Notes under the pieces: model-generated
What the model saw: only the letters and a program-made list of their open reading frames with translations
Told to the model about the DNA's origin: nothing
The model's database searches: none
Translations under genes and position numbers: made by a program
Source: Octopus bimaculoides
Lineage: Eukaryota
DNA: 39,508 bases
NCBI RefSeq assembly: GCF_001194135.2
Contig: NC_068988.1
Span: forward strand, 19,154,151-19,193,658
Direction of reading: 5' to 3'
Shown: positions 1 through 10,430 of the stretch, piece after piece
How the letters are laid out: every line of letters begins with the position of its first letter
Position numbering within the stretch: position 1 is the first letter of the stretch

Positions 1-62
<62 letters not shown>

Positions 63-67
63 TGTAT

Positions 68-185
68 AGGCATGTGGCTTAGTAGCTAGAATATTCGATT
101 AGCGATCGTGAAGTTGCTTGTTCGATTTGCGGCGGCTCATTGCATCCTTGAGCAAAACACACATTATTTCTCGTTGCTCAATCCC
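68..185 (+). mobile_element. Degenerate tRNA-head + CORE-like SINE, 5' part
   Basis: GCATGTGGCTTAGTAGCTAG...GTTCGATT (A/B-box-like), then CATCCTTGAGCAAAACAC CORE-like segment; similar to the head of 860-1150. Confidence 0.55.
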
Positions 186-859
186 TGTCCTTATTTTCTA
201 TGAATGCGAGGGGGGAAACACTTAGAGCTTAAAGATTGTAGAATCTCTTCAAAAAACTCTAACTCTACCTTGCATTAATCTTCTTCAGTGGTAGCCATTA
301 AGATGAGTTTGAATGTACTTTTCGAATATTGGCACTGTACACCTTTTACCAGATATCGATTTCTCCCTTTTATCTACTCGCTACTTCTGAATGTTTATTT
401 TATCGATATCTTTCGAATAAGTACAATTCAGGTAGTATAAGCGAAAGAGGTAGATATGAATACGATGAAATCGAATATTTTCCTCACATGCATGTCTTTA
501 TCCAACCTGAAAAACAACTGTTTCTAGTTCGTCAGTAATTAAATGGATTTGTAGTAAATCAAGATTGTATATTACTATAATCTTTGTATATATATATATG
601 TGTTTGTATCCTATGTAGTAGATTTATAAACTGGGCTAACTTAGTTATTTCTCCGTAAAATGAAAATATAATGAACAGCATTAATCAATTTTTGAATCTT
701 ATTAGATTCTCATCAGAGGTGTTGACGTCAGTTTGACCAATCCCCGGGAAACAGGCTGACATTGTGTTTATATTCTCAAGTTCGGTAGTTACAGGAAACA
801 GCCGCTACTAATTTGCATACCTTAAGTGTTAACACTTCATTTAACATCAAGAGGTCTGC

Positions 860-1150
860 TGAGTAGCTTAGGGGTTAGGGTTTTCGGCTCATGATCGCAA
901 GTTCGTTAGTTCGATTCTAGGCAGCGTGTTATGTCCTTGAGCAAGGCACTTTATTTCATGTTGCTTCAGTCTTCTCAGCTGGCAAAAATGAGTAGTACCT
1001 GTAATTTAAAGACAAGGTGCAACCTTGTCACATTCTGTGTCACGCTGAATCTCCCTGAGAACTACGTGAAGTGTACGCGTGGTTGTGGCCACTTGTACGT
1101 TAATTACACGAGTAAGCTGTTCGGTTGATGGTGTGAACTGGAATCTTTAT
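860..1150 (+). mobile_element. tRNA-derived CORE-type SINE sharing its 3' half with SINE family A
   Basis: B-box GTTCGATTC, CORE-like GTCCTTGAGCAAGGCACTTT...AAAAATGAGTAG, then CCTTGTCACATTCTGTGTCACGCTGAATCTCCCTGAGAACTACG, which matches the family A 3' region. Confidence 0.75.
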
Positions 1151-1229
1151 CTAAAACTGACCGAGAACCAACCAACCATCCATCCATCCATCCATCCATC
1201 CAGTTCGTACGTACGAACGTACATGCAGA

Positions 1230-1680
1230 GCTGCAAAGACTTTTTACAATGCTATCCGCAGGAATGACTAGCCTGACGTATACATCAAACACATGTCAGA
1301 ACCTGCAGGTACCTACACCTTTAAAAACAAGGAATACTGGTGGAAAACCCCTATAAAAACATCAATTCTGTGCAAACATAACAGACTTGATATTGTTCTC
1401 TGGGACAAGTAGCAAAAATCAGGACTGCTATAGAGGTCAGCTGCCCAGTAGATGCGAATGTACAATCAAAAGTCCAGAAAAAAAAGAGACCATTTATGGT
1501 GAATTGAACCCTTACTGAAAATTCTCATTTGTACCTACCATTAGGTTATGTACCAACAATTGTTTTCAAAAACCTAGAAATACACGGTTCCAGGAAAAAG
1601 AGCAAAAGAAAGTGATGCGGATTCTCTAAATCCAATATATTAGTTGCACGGTGAAGATTTTTAAGACATTCTAAATATTC
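1230..1680 (+). mobile_element. Decayed 3' fragment of an RLE-type non-LTR retrotransposon (R4/NeSL/HERO-like; clade unresolved)
   Basis: Manual translation across stops and frameshifts: AKTFYNAIRR...NKEYWWKTPIKTSILCKHNRLDIVLWDK / IEVSCPVDANVQSK / IYGEL ... TVKIFKTF*. This is the PD-(D/E)xK restriction-like endonuclease C-terminus. Confidence 0.75.
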
Positions 1681-1911
1681 TCCATTTAAGATTTCTATGT
1701 GATTAGATGCACACACAAAAGTGTATGCATCGACTGTTCAACCACCTCATCAACTCAGCCACATATTTACGAATACCGGGAACTCGCTTAATTCAAAATG
1801 TCTTATCGCTTTGATAGCGACTGGCTTAAACTTTCTCAAGTTAAATTAAACTAAAAAAAAAAAAAGAAAAACAACAACAAAAAAAGCATACATGCATATA
1901 AGCCATGGGAT

Positions 1912-2295
1912 TGTTTGTTGGCACTCCGTCGCTTACGACGTCGAGGGTTCCAGTTGATCCGACCAATGCAACAGCTTGCTCGTGAAATCAACATCCAAGT
2001 GGCTGAGCACTCCACAGACACGTGTACTCTTAACGTAGTTCCCGGGGATATTCAGCGTGACACAGTGTAACAAGGCTGGCCCTTTGAATTACAGGCACAA
2101 CAGAAACAGGAAGTAAGAGTGAGAGAAAGTTGTGGTGGAAGAGTACAGCAGGGTTCGCCACCCCACTTCCGGAGCCTCGTGGAACTTTTAGGTGATTTCG
2201 CTCAATAAACACTCACAACGCCCGGTCTTGGAATCGAAACCGCGATCCTATATCGCGAGTCCGCTGCCCTAACCACTGGGCCATTGCACCTCCAC
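1912..2295 (-). mobile_element. tRNA-derived SINE family A, full length, 12-bp TSD
   Basis: Reverse complement of GTGGAGGCGCAATGGCCCAGTGGTTAGGGCAGCGG... ending in (CAA)n; perfect TSD AAGCCATGGGAT at 1900-1911 and 2296-2307; closely similar to 5029, 28089 and 39253 copies. Confidence 0.92.
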
Positions 2296-2864
2296 AAGCC
2301 ATGGGATAAATAAAAAGCAATACTGCTATTGTTGAAAATACACTCCATTATAAGGGATATTGGTGGAGTTTTCTCATCTAGGAAGTGCAAACTAAACAAG
2401 GCCTGATATAGGTTTACAGAGGAAGATCGTGTATTGTCATAGAATTAGCTGCCCATTAGCTGCGAACATCTCTTCTAAAATCAACAGTAAATAGAATATT
2501 CGTGGCCAACTGCTTGAAAAGCCTCTACTCCTCTACAGTGATTATCAATTCACATTCACATTAATAGGTTTCGGTGCGCTTGGTAATGTTAGTAAATGCC
2601 TAAGTGACAATCTAAAAGACTTGGATATTCAAGTCAGGAAAGCGACTAGTGAACATATATTTTAACAGATACAATCAGGAAGTGGATTAGTATAAATATG
2701 CAAGAGGTTTCTAAAGTTGATAATGTAATACTTGTTTTTGTCGTTGTCCAAACTCGATCGGTGGTGATTTTCATTTTTAACTTTGCTGCAAATTAGTTCT
2801 TCTCTTACCTAACATCTCTTTATCTAATAAATAATTAAATCGATGGAAGCAATATTAATAGCAA

Positions 2865-3064
2865 CAGGTAAAAGTTTATCTCCACTTACATGTGAATGTT
2901 GTACTACAACAGACAATACTACAATATTTACATTGAGAACATCTTTTGTAGTGCATTTGGACACTCTCGTTTACATCACAAGCAGAAGAAATCACTGCCA
3001 TCCACACTGTCAGGACTACCAGGTCACATGATTTCGGCCTTCTTTGGCCTTATCATTGTATGTC
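2865..3064 (-). repeat. Old ~200 bp interspersed repeat carrying a hammerhead-ribozyme motif (copy 1), probably a Penelope pLTR or retrozyme relic
   Basis: Aligns by eye to 9157-9365. Minus strand 3064->3014 reads GACATACA ATGATAA GGCC AAAGAA GGCC GAAA TCATGTGA CC TGGTAGTC. Confidence 0.7.
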
Positions 3065-3132
3065 TTTTATACTCCACACACTACCTGACATGTTACTGTC
3101 TTATACCGTATTTTCCGGCATACAAGTAGATG

Positions 3133-3170
<38 letters not shown>

Positions 3171-3477
3171 NNNNNNNNNNNNNNNNNNNNNNNNNNNNNN
3201 NNNNNNNNNNNNNNNNNNNNNNNNNNNNNNNNNNNNNNNNNNNNNNNNNNNNNNNNNNNNNNNNNNNNNNNNNNNNNNNNNNNNNNNNNNNNNNNNNNNN
3301 NNNNNNNNNNNNNNNNNNNNNNNNNNNNNNNNNNNNNNNNNNNNNNNNNNNNNNNNNNNNNNNNNNNNNNNNNNNNNNNNNNNNNNNNNNNNNNNNNNNN
3401 NNNNNNNNNNNNNNNNNNNNNNNNNNNNNNNNNNNNNNNNNNNNNNNNNNNNNNNNNNNNNNNNNNNNNNNNNNNNN
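3171..3477. other. Assembly gap flanked by (AT)n
   Basis: Run of N. Other gaps at 7505-7513, 13640-13836, 21169-22083 and 37615-38171, each flanked by microsatellites. Confidence 0.98.
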
Positions 3478-3512
<35 letters not shown>

Positions 3513-3786
3513 GTTTGGTCTTGACAGTTGTATTTGTGTATAAGTCGAACTATCTCATTTGGTTGTAAATTTTAACCTGAAAATTTCGACTTCCATGCCG
3601 TAAATATTTCAACGCTAGTTTTATATAAGCCGTTGCAGTTATATTTTGTTATGCATGTCTGTCTCATCTCGAATATTAATTTCATATTGAAGTATAAAGT
3701 CATCACTTGCTGAATGGATGGTTTGTTTATTATCTTGTACTTAATTCGTATCTTTTGCACGCGTAAAATTTATTAATATTAATTCA

Positions 3787-3959
3787 GTAGACGCAGAAAT
3801 AGCTGTATAGTTATGAAACTCGCTTTGCAGCCACAGCGTTTCGGGTACAGCTCCACAGAGTGACATGTTGGTTTGGGTAAGTATTTTTTATTATATTCCT
3901 GGACCGACCAATGTCTTGTGAATGAAGTAGGTAAAAGGAAACTGTGTGGAAGCTTGTGG

Positions 3960-4019
<60 letters not shown>

Positions 4020-4220
4020 TGCGTGTGAGTGTGAATTGTGTTTGTTCCTCACCGTCGCTGATTAGTTTAACTCTCCCTAAACTTGCAGTTTAGAGATCGA
4101 TAGAATAAGCACCAGGCTTTAAAATAAGAACTGGTGTCGACTAAACCTTTCAAGCCGCTGCCCCAGTTTGGCCGCAGTCCAATGATTCAAACAAAAGTTA
4201 ACAAGACGAAAGATAAGATA
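3787..4220 (+). mobile_element. tRNA/CORE SINE family C with internal (TG)n
   Basis: Degenerate GTAGACGCAGAAATAGCTGTATAGT head, internal (TG)n, GATAGAATAAG, and CCCCAG...GGCCGCAGTCCAATGA tail; homologous to 5693 and 29836 copies. Confidence 0.75.
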
Positions 4221-5028
4221 TATATATATATATATAATGTATGAAGCTACTACTTTTGCTATGAGCATGAAAATAGGCTGTCGACTTTCCATATTACGCA
4301 ATTACGATGACTTATTTCATTGAGCATGACAAGACGAAAAATAAAGTTTACTCTTGGGGAATTTGGAAGATAAAAGAGCGAAATAAAATATAAGCTATCG
4401 CTTCTGTAGAACCGCCATTTTCTCTGACTATTCAATGCCTTGCAAACATAGATAAATAAATAAATAAATAAAATATATGGCATTAATCATTAAAGAAGAC
4501 TGGAAAGTAAACTGTTTTCTATAATTGCTCTTGCTTTGCCTCACCAGAGTTTTAATTTTTTCGTCTGCTTTTTTCATTCTTTTCTTTCCATGCCATATTT
4601 CATAACTCATTTTTCCTCGAGCTTTACATTATTTACCTTTTGTTTAACTTAACCCTTTGCCTGTCTTGCATATCACATGTGGTACAAAAGATATATTTCC
4701 CTGGCTCCCATGCATCATGCATAATATATATTCAAAATTGTTGCAACCAGTGGAGTAACTTAGGATTTATGAAAAGAAAGCTTTTTGTATTATTCGGAAC
4801 GTGTGTGAAAAAACGGCTAAAAGTATGAAGAGAAGCATGGCTATTTAGCACAAATAAACCCATGACAATGCTTTAGACAAGCGAGGGATAAACAGTTGAT
4901 TGTTATTTGCAGTTTATGAAAACTAAATGCATTATTGTCAGCAAGATAGCACAAGATAGCACAAATTCAAACACACAGTCTTCGGCGATGTAATCGGTAC
5001 AATTAATGATAATAGTGGAGGAGTGTCA

Positions 5029-5408
5029 GTGGAGGCGCAATGGCCCATTGGTTAGGGCAGCGGACTCGCGGTCATAGGATCGCGGTTTCGATTCCGAGAC
5101 CGGGCGTTGTGAGTGTTTATTGAGCAAAAACACCTAAAGCTCCACGAGGCTCCGGCAGGGGATGGTGACGAACCCCGCTGTACTCTTCCACCACAACTTT
5201 TTCTCACTCCTACTTCCTGTTTTCTGTTGTGCCTGTAATTCAAAGGGTCAGCCCTGTCACACTGTGTCACGCTGAATATCCCCGAGAACTACATTAAGGG
5301 TACCCATGTCTGTGGAGTGCTCAGCCACTTGGACGCTAATTTTACGAGCAGGCTGTTCCGTTGATCGGAACAACTGGAACCCTCATCGTCGCAACCGACG
5401 GAGTGTCA
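5029..5408 (+). mobile_element. tRNA-derived SINE family A, full length
   Basis: GTGGAGGCGCAATGGCCCATTGGTTAGGGCAGCGG (A box), GGTTTCGATTCC (B box); 9-bp GGAGTGTCA at 5020-5028 and 5400-5408. Confidence 0.92.
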
Positions 5409-5692
5409 TAGCGTACATTCAGCGTCGTGGTTATGCTTTGTTTAATTCCCGATCAGCGTTGATCGAATGTACCTAATCGAGGATATTCCAACAGAGATTT
5501 TCCTGTTTTCTGGGGTTTTTTTCTTGTCAATCATAGTATACCTTTGACTATATTATCCAATATGACCTGCAATGTGTTTTTATGAAGATAAGACAGTGTT
5601 TTTCAATCATTTCTATTTCATGGTTCACTGCTGAAAATTAAATTTAAAAAGACAAAAAAAAAAAAAAGAACCTCGTTTGCTTTGTTTATTAA

Positions 5693-6100
5693 TGGCTGTG
5701 TGGCGAAGAGGCTCGCTTTGTAACCACATGGTTTCGGGTTCAGTCCCGCTGCGTGGCACCTTGGGCAATTGTCTTCTGGGATAGCCTTCGGCTGACCAAT
5801 GCCTCGTGAGTAGATTTTAGTTGAAGGAAATTGTGTAGAAGACCGTCGTCTGTGTGTGTGTGTGTGTGTGTGTGTACATCCATGTTATGTTTGTGTGTGT
5901 CCCAACAACCGATTGATAGCCAAAGTTTGCTTGGTTATGTCCCCGTAAGTTAGCGGTTCGGGAAAAGGAAACAAGAGAATAATTACCAGGTTTTAAAAGA
6001 AAAAAAAAAAACGTAATGGGGTCGATTTATTGGATTAGTTACTTCAAGGTGGTATTCCAGTATAGGCGTAATCCAATGACTGAGACGAATAAAGGATAAA
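5693..6100 (+). mobile_element. tRNA/CORE SINE family C with internal (TG)n
   Basis: TGGCTGTGTGG...GGTTCAGTCCC (B box), GGCACCTTGGGCAA (CORE-like), (TG)n, and CCAATGACTGAGAC tail. Confidence 0.85.
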
Positions 6101-6309
6101 CTTGCTTCACAAAGATGAAAAAACTTTAATATGGATATTGTTTCTAAGATTTAGAACATATTTTGAAAGATCTTCGACGCACCTGAACACCTCTGGTGAA
6201 GTGCCGTTTGAAAATCATTGAAATAGTATATAATTTGAGGGGTATTTAGGTGCTATTACTAGCACGCTGTGAGCCGGCAAATAGGGCATTGTTTCGTGTA
6301 GTAAGGTAG

Positions 6310-6743
6310 TCATGTGTGTGTGTGTGTGTGTGTATGTATTGATGTGTATGTTAGGAGAAGAAAACTGTTGATGTATGTATGAATGTATATACTTATGTGT
6401 GTGTGTGCGAGCGTGTGTGTTTGTGTGTGTGTATGTCTATGTAATGGAGAGTATAACAGTTTACACTAGAAGGAAGCTGTTGACGTGTGAATGAGTCAGT
6501 GTACACGTGTGTGAGTGTGTGTGTGTGTGTGTATGTGTCTTGCCATGTGTGTATGTATGTATGTGCGGCGTATGTGTATTCTTGTGTGACAGAGGAGTGG
6601 AAGGAAGAAGAGGGAGGACAGAGGGTGAAAGATGGAAAAGGGGATAAAGATGGCGGAGAAAAAGGGAGGAGGAAAGATGAGGAAAGAGAAAGAAAAAGAT
6701 GGATATAGAGGCAGATAGACAGATAGATAGATAGAGAGAGAGG

Positions 6744-6793
<50 letters not shown>

Positions 6794-6810
6794 GAGAAAG
6801 AGAGAGAGAG
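6310..6810. repeat. (TG)n/(TATG)n, purine tract and (GA)n microsatellite block
   Basis: Direct inspection; explains the low-complexity ORFs. Confidence 0.9.
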
Positions 6811-6849
6811 TGTTTTGGTTGTTTCTGCCCAGGTTACAACTGTTCAACA

Positions 6850-6990
6850 GAAACAGCGATGGTTCAGTCTTTTATTTTCATCTGCCATAGTCTATCTTGG
6901 ACTACAATATCTAATGTGTTCTCGTTTTGTTTATAAAGGCAACAGGGTGGGAAACGAGCCAAACTTGGCTACTTTTTCTTGCAGGTTGTG
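6850..6990 (+). repeat. Unclassified interspersed repeat family D, one of about 10 fragments
   Basis: Shared motifs GACTACA.TATCCAATGTG and GATTTGAG..AGATTT.GCTGCTATTTCTAGCAG. Other fragments near 5430-5580, 6180-6280, 7700-7800(-), 8000-8070(-), 18835-19035, 19420-19640, 19745-19895(-) and 23020-23110. Confidence 0.6.
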
Positions 6991-7154
6991 TACCCACAAA
7001 GAGAAGCTCCTATTGTAATTTCAAAGAGTGAGAGAGGAGGAGGCGGAGGAGGGGGAATGGGAAAGAGAGAAAGAAAGAGAGAAAGAATGAGGACGAGATA
7101 TAGTGTTAAAGGAAAGCGAAAGTATAAAATGTGAGGGGAGGAAATTAATAGATT

Positions 7155-7203
<49 letters not shown>

Positions 7204-7274
7204 CAGTGGAAACGATGCCATGTTCTTGCGGATTCAGCATTGATTTAATCGAGGTGTAGGTGTACACGCTGTAT

Positions 7275-7337
7275 GCAGTGTGCTGTGTGCAGTGTGCTGT
7301 GTGCAGTGTGCTGTGTGCAGTGTGCTGTGTGCAGTGT
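7275..7337. repeat. Perfect 14-bp minisatellite (GCAGTGTGCTGTGT) x4.5
   Basis: Direct inspection. Confidence 0.95.
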
Positions 7338-7468
7338 ATGGTGCGTATATGCGTTTACAAGTGAGAGAGTGTGTCTCAGCTTGTATTTGCGTATTAGTGT
7401 ATTTGTGAACTAGTGTATTTGTGTATTTATGTGCATGTGTATTTTATGTGTGTGCCTATGTATATATA

Positions 7469-7504
<36 letters not shown>

Positions 7505-7526
7505 NNNNNNNNNNGTGTGTGTGTGT

Positions 7527-7563
<37 letters not shown>

Positions 7564-8212
7564 TCAACGCAAGGGAGCGCTATGATGTCATGAATGATGA
7601 AAGACAACAAAGAGAAACTGATGGAAGAAGCGGGATTTAATACTTAGGAAGCATGCTTTTACAGGAAATGTGCATGGCCAACGAAGAGGGAAATTCTGTG
7701 TGGTTGTACAGCCTGCTAGAAATAGAAGCCAAATCTTCCCTAAATCACAAAGTACTGCTTTCCAAACCAGAAAAGACATATTAGACCTCAATGCACTATT
7801 TCAGAAAGAAGAAGAAATTGAGTAGATGGCCACGTCTGGAATGCTTTAAAGCATTGGTCTGCATTAGCAACACCAAATTTTGCGTGAAAATGTGAAAACG
7901 TGTGAGCCAACATGAAGTTTACTCAACTTGTTAGAAATAGACAGTTTCCCTGAAATCACATCATGGGGCACAATGTATTCTTAAATACACTAATGTATAA
8001 TGCACTCCTACAAATACAATCTCTGAAGACAGTGAAATACGTGATAGTCACGGCTGGAATGCATTTAATGATGCTTACTCAATCACATCTGGTCTGCAGT
8101 TCAACAACTACAGGTGCAGCATCGGTTTTTCAGAACATTTAGATCCAAAGCCTTGCCGGACTACTGATCATTCCGGAACAAGGGTGGTCACCTTCTTCAA
8201 AACTCTTTAAAC

Positions 8213-8355
8213 CAGTGGGGCTCAATCGGGGTCCATAAGACATATGGGGTGGGGGGGTCGGTATGAGATTTTGTTGTTAAAGTTTATGAACAATAAATTG
8301 GTTGTCGTTCTACAGTACGCAAAAATATTTCAACAATTTTTATACACAATTCTTT
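8213..8355. mobile_element. Terminal fragment of the hAT MITE family seen at 16736-17315
   Basis: CAGTGGGGCTCAATCGGGGTCCATA matches the reverse complement of that element's right end, CAGTGGCTCTCAACCGGGGTCCATG. Confidence 0.6.
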
Positions 8356-8375
8356 TCTTTTACTTTTTTACTAGC

Positions 8376-9085
8376 TCAAAGGAGCTAGGGCGATAAGGAC
8401 CTGGCTCCAGCATGATTTAAGCGCCGATGCCTTCAAAAGCTACTAAAATCTCCAGTTAGAAATATACACATGGCTGAAAGCAGGCTAGTGAGGGAAAATT
8501 AAAAATAGACCTCACGTTAATTGCGAATTGGTTCCAAATTCTGTATTAAAGCAAAAAAAAATATGCTTTCTTCCTTCGTCAACACGATACTCGGGAGGAA
8601 ATATAAGTCCAAATAATTGTACATACCGTCTAAAGCAAGTTCACACGCCTACATACAGATATTTGCACGTATAAATCCAAGGAAAGTCAATTTTTAAATC
8701 CCCCACGAGAGCGACATGTATATTATAGGAATAGTCAAGCAGTAAATGCTATTCTGTTCAGGAGTAAAAATGATTAAATTATTTTATTTACATTATTTAT
8801 CAATTCATGAAAGGATAAAATCACGTTAATAATTTTTATTAAGTAGTTAGCATGCTATAAACGTTTATAGGCAATTAATTCATTAAATTAATAATAATGT
8901 ACATATGTATATAATTATATCAAGGGAGCTAAGGCGAAAACGACCTGTCTCCAGCATGCTTGAAGTGCCGATACTTTCAAAAACTACCAAAAACTCCAGC
9001 TAAATATATACATATATTAATTGCCTATAAATTTTTATAGCATGCTGACTACTTCATAAAAATCATTAACGTGATTTTTATCCTT
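8376..9085. repeat. Composite direct plus inverted repeat structure
   Basis: ~92-bp direct repeat at 8376-8467 and 8920-9011; ~70-bp inverted arms at 8811-8879 and 9016-9085. Confidence 0.85.
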
Positions 9086-9096
9086 ATATTCTTTTA

Positions 9097-9145
<49 letters not shown>

Positions 9146-9156
9146 ATATATAACAA

Positions 9157-9365
9157 AAGGTAATATTTATTTCTACTTTAAAGCGGATGCTGTATTTGAA
9201 CACAGAATACTGCGATAGTCACCATGAGAAGCTCTCATATAGATTTGTGGTGTATATGAGTAATTTTGTTTATACCACTAGCGGGAGATAATTAATTGCC
9301 ATCGACGCTGCCAGGACTACCAGATCACGTAATTACGGCCTTCCTTCGTCTTGTCAGTGGTAGAC
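9157..9365 (-). repeat. Old ~200 bp interspersed repeat carrying a hammerhead-ribozyme motif (copy 2)
   Basis: Minus strand 9365->9315 reads GTCTACCA CTGACAA GACG AAGGAA GGCC GTAA TTACGTGA TC TGGTAGTC; homologous to 2865-3064. Confidence 0.7.
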
Positions 9366-9874
9366 GCCCAGTGGCTGAAAATATTAGCAATTCCTCCGCT
9401 AGGGATATACATAGAATCTCAGTGCCTAACCAGGCATTGAATAGGCACTGATGTACTTGCATAGCAAGTGACCTGATCTAAGATCGTGTGCTGAAACAAA
9501 AACAGTTTGCAGCGTGGAAGGTGTTTATAACCCATTTAAAAACTCACAAAAACCGTTAGATTCACTTCAAAATTTAAATTTAATTTGTTATAATATTTTT
9601 GACGCTTTGCGGCCGCGACTTGTTTGCTGACAAAATTCCGTGCTGCATCTTTCTCTCTCTCTCTCTCTCTCTCTGTATATATAGAATTAAAGTGGTTTAT
9701 TAGCAATTTAAAACCAAAAAGCACGAGTATAGACGCCACCAAAGTGACTGAGGGTGCGAGCAATGCTGGTGCTAGTCAGCACTAGCATTGCTCCCAATAA
9801 GAATAACAACAACGCTTAGCCACGGTGAAGTACTTATCTAATGACTGATATATTCGAGCTGAGGCACCCAGTAA

Positions 9875-10430
9875 AAAATTACCGTTAATAAGATGTCTGT
9901 TGAAAGCCATGAAACATTTTTTGTCAAATTTCGGCATTTTTCAAAAATTTAAAATCTATATTAATCGGCAGGACCAATTTGACGAAAAAATGAGCAGAAC
10001 CTGGTAGCGAACCCATATCGTCGTCATGTTTGTGCATGTGCGTAAAATGGCGAAATTTTACGCTTTGGGGCAGATTTCGTCAAACTGATGTCACGACGGC
10101 TAGTGCGCAAAATGCCTAAATTTTGCTTGAGAAATAAAATGGTCTTACCTAATCAAAACCTGAAACGCTTAGGAATTAAAACAAAGAATTGAAATAATAA
10201 GTTTTAGCAAATCAAAACAATTCGCATTGAAATGAAGAATTAACAAATGGTAATTTGATTACCGTTAACAGGCTGTCTGTTTATACCCGTGAAACATTTT
10301 TCGTCAAATTTCAGCATTTTTCGTCAAATTGATGTCACGATGGCTCGTGTAAAAATGCCGAAATTTTACGATTTTTGAAAAATCGATGCTGATTAAAAAT
10401 CGATTTTTAAAAAATTCCAAGTGCGTAAGT
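9875..10430. repeat. Element built from direct and inverted ~50-60 bp submodules, probably a non-autonomous DNA element
   Basis: TTACCGTTAA...GAAACATTTTT.GTCAAATTTC.GCATTTTT at ~9879 and ~10259; TTTCGTCAAA.TGATGTCACGA.GGCT at ~10076 and ~10319; AAATTTCGGCATTTTT versus its inverse AAAAATGCCGAAATTT. Confidence 0.6.

Noticed and set aside
723-818. TGACGTCA (CRE), CCAAT and ATTTGCAT (octamer) cluster
   Set aside because: Short motifs expected by chance; no TSS or gene evidence nearby.
3060-3543. Long ORFs spanning N-runs or microsatellites (also 11000-11315, 13469-13990, 21017-22248, 37452-38205)
   Set aside because: They are translations of gaps and simple repeats, not genes.
4428-4610. Lys-rich 60-aa ORF with a possible minus-strand donor
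   Set aside because: Poor acceptor, no recognisable domain, and composition explained by a T-rich tract.
5029-5100. tRNA-like sequences at SINE heads as tRNA genes
   Set aside because: They continue into SINE bodies, are multi-copy with TSDs, and lack a proper acceptor stem.
6970-7030. Strong-looking splice acceptor CTTTTTCTTGCAG|G
   Set aside because: It is the end of a family D repeat copy, and no convincing donor or peptide follows.
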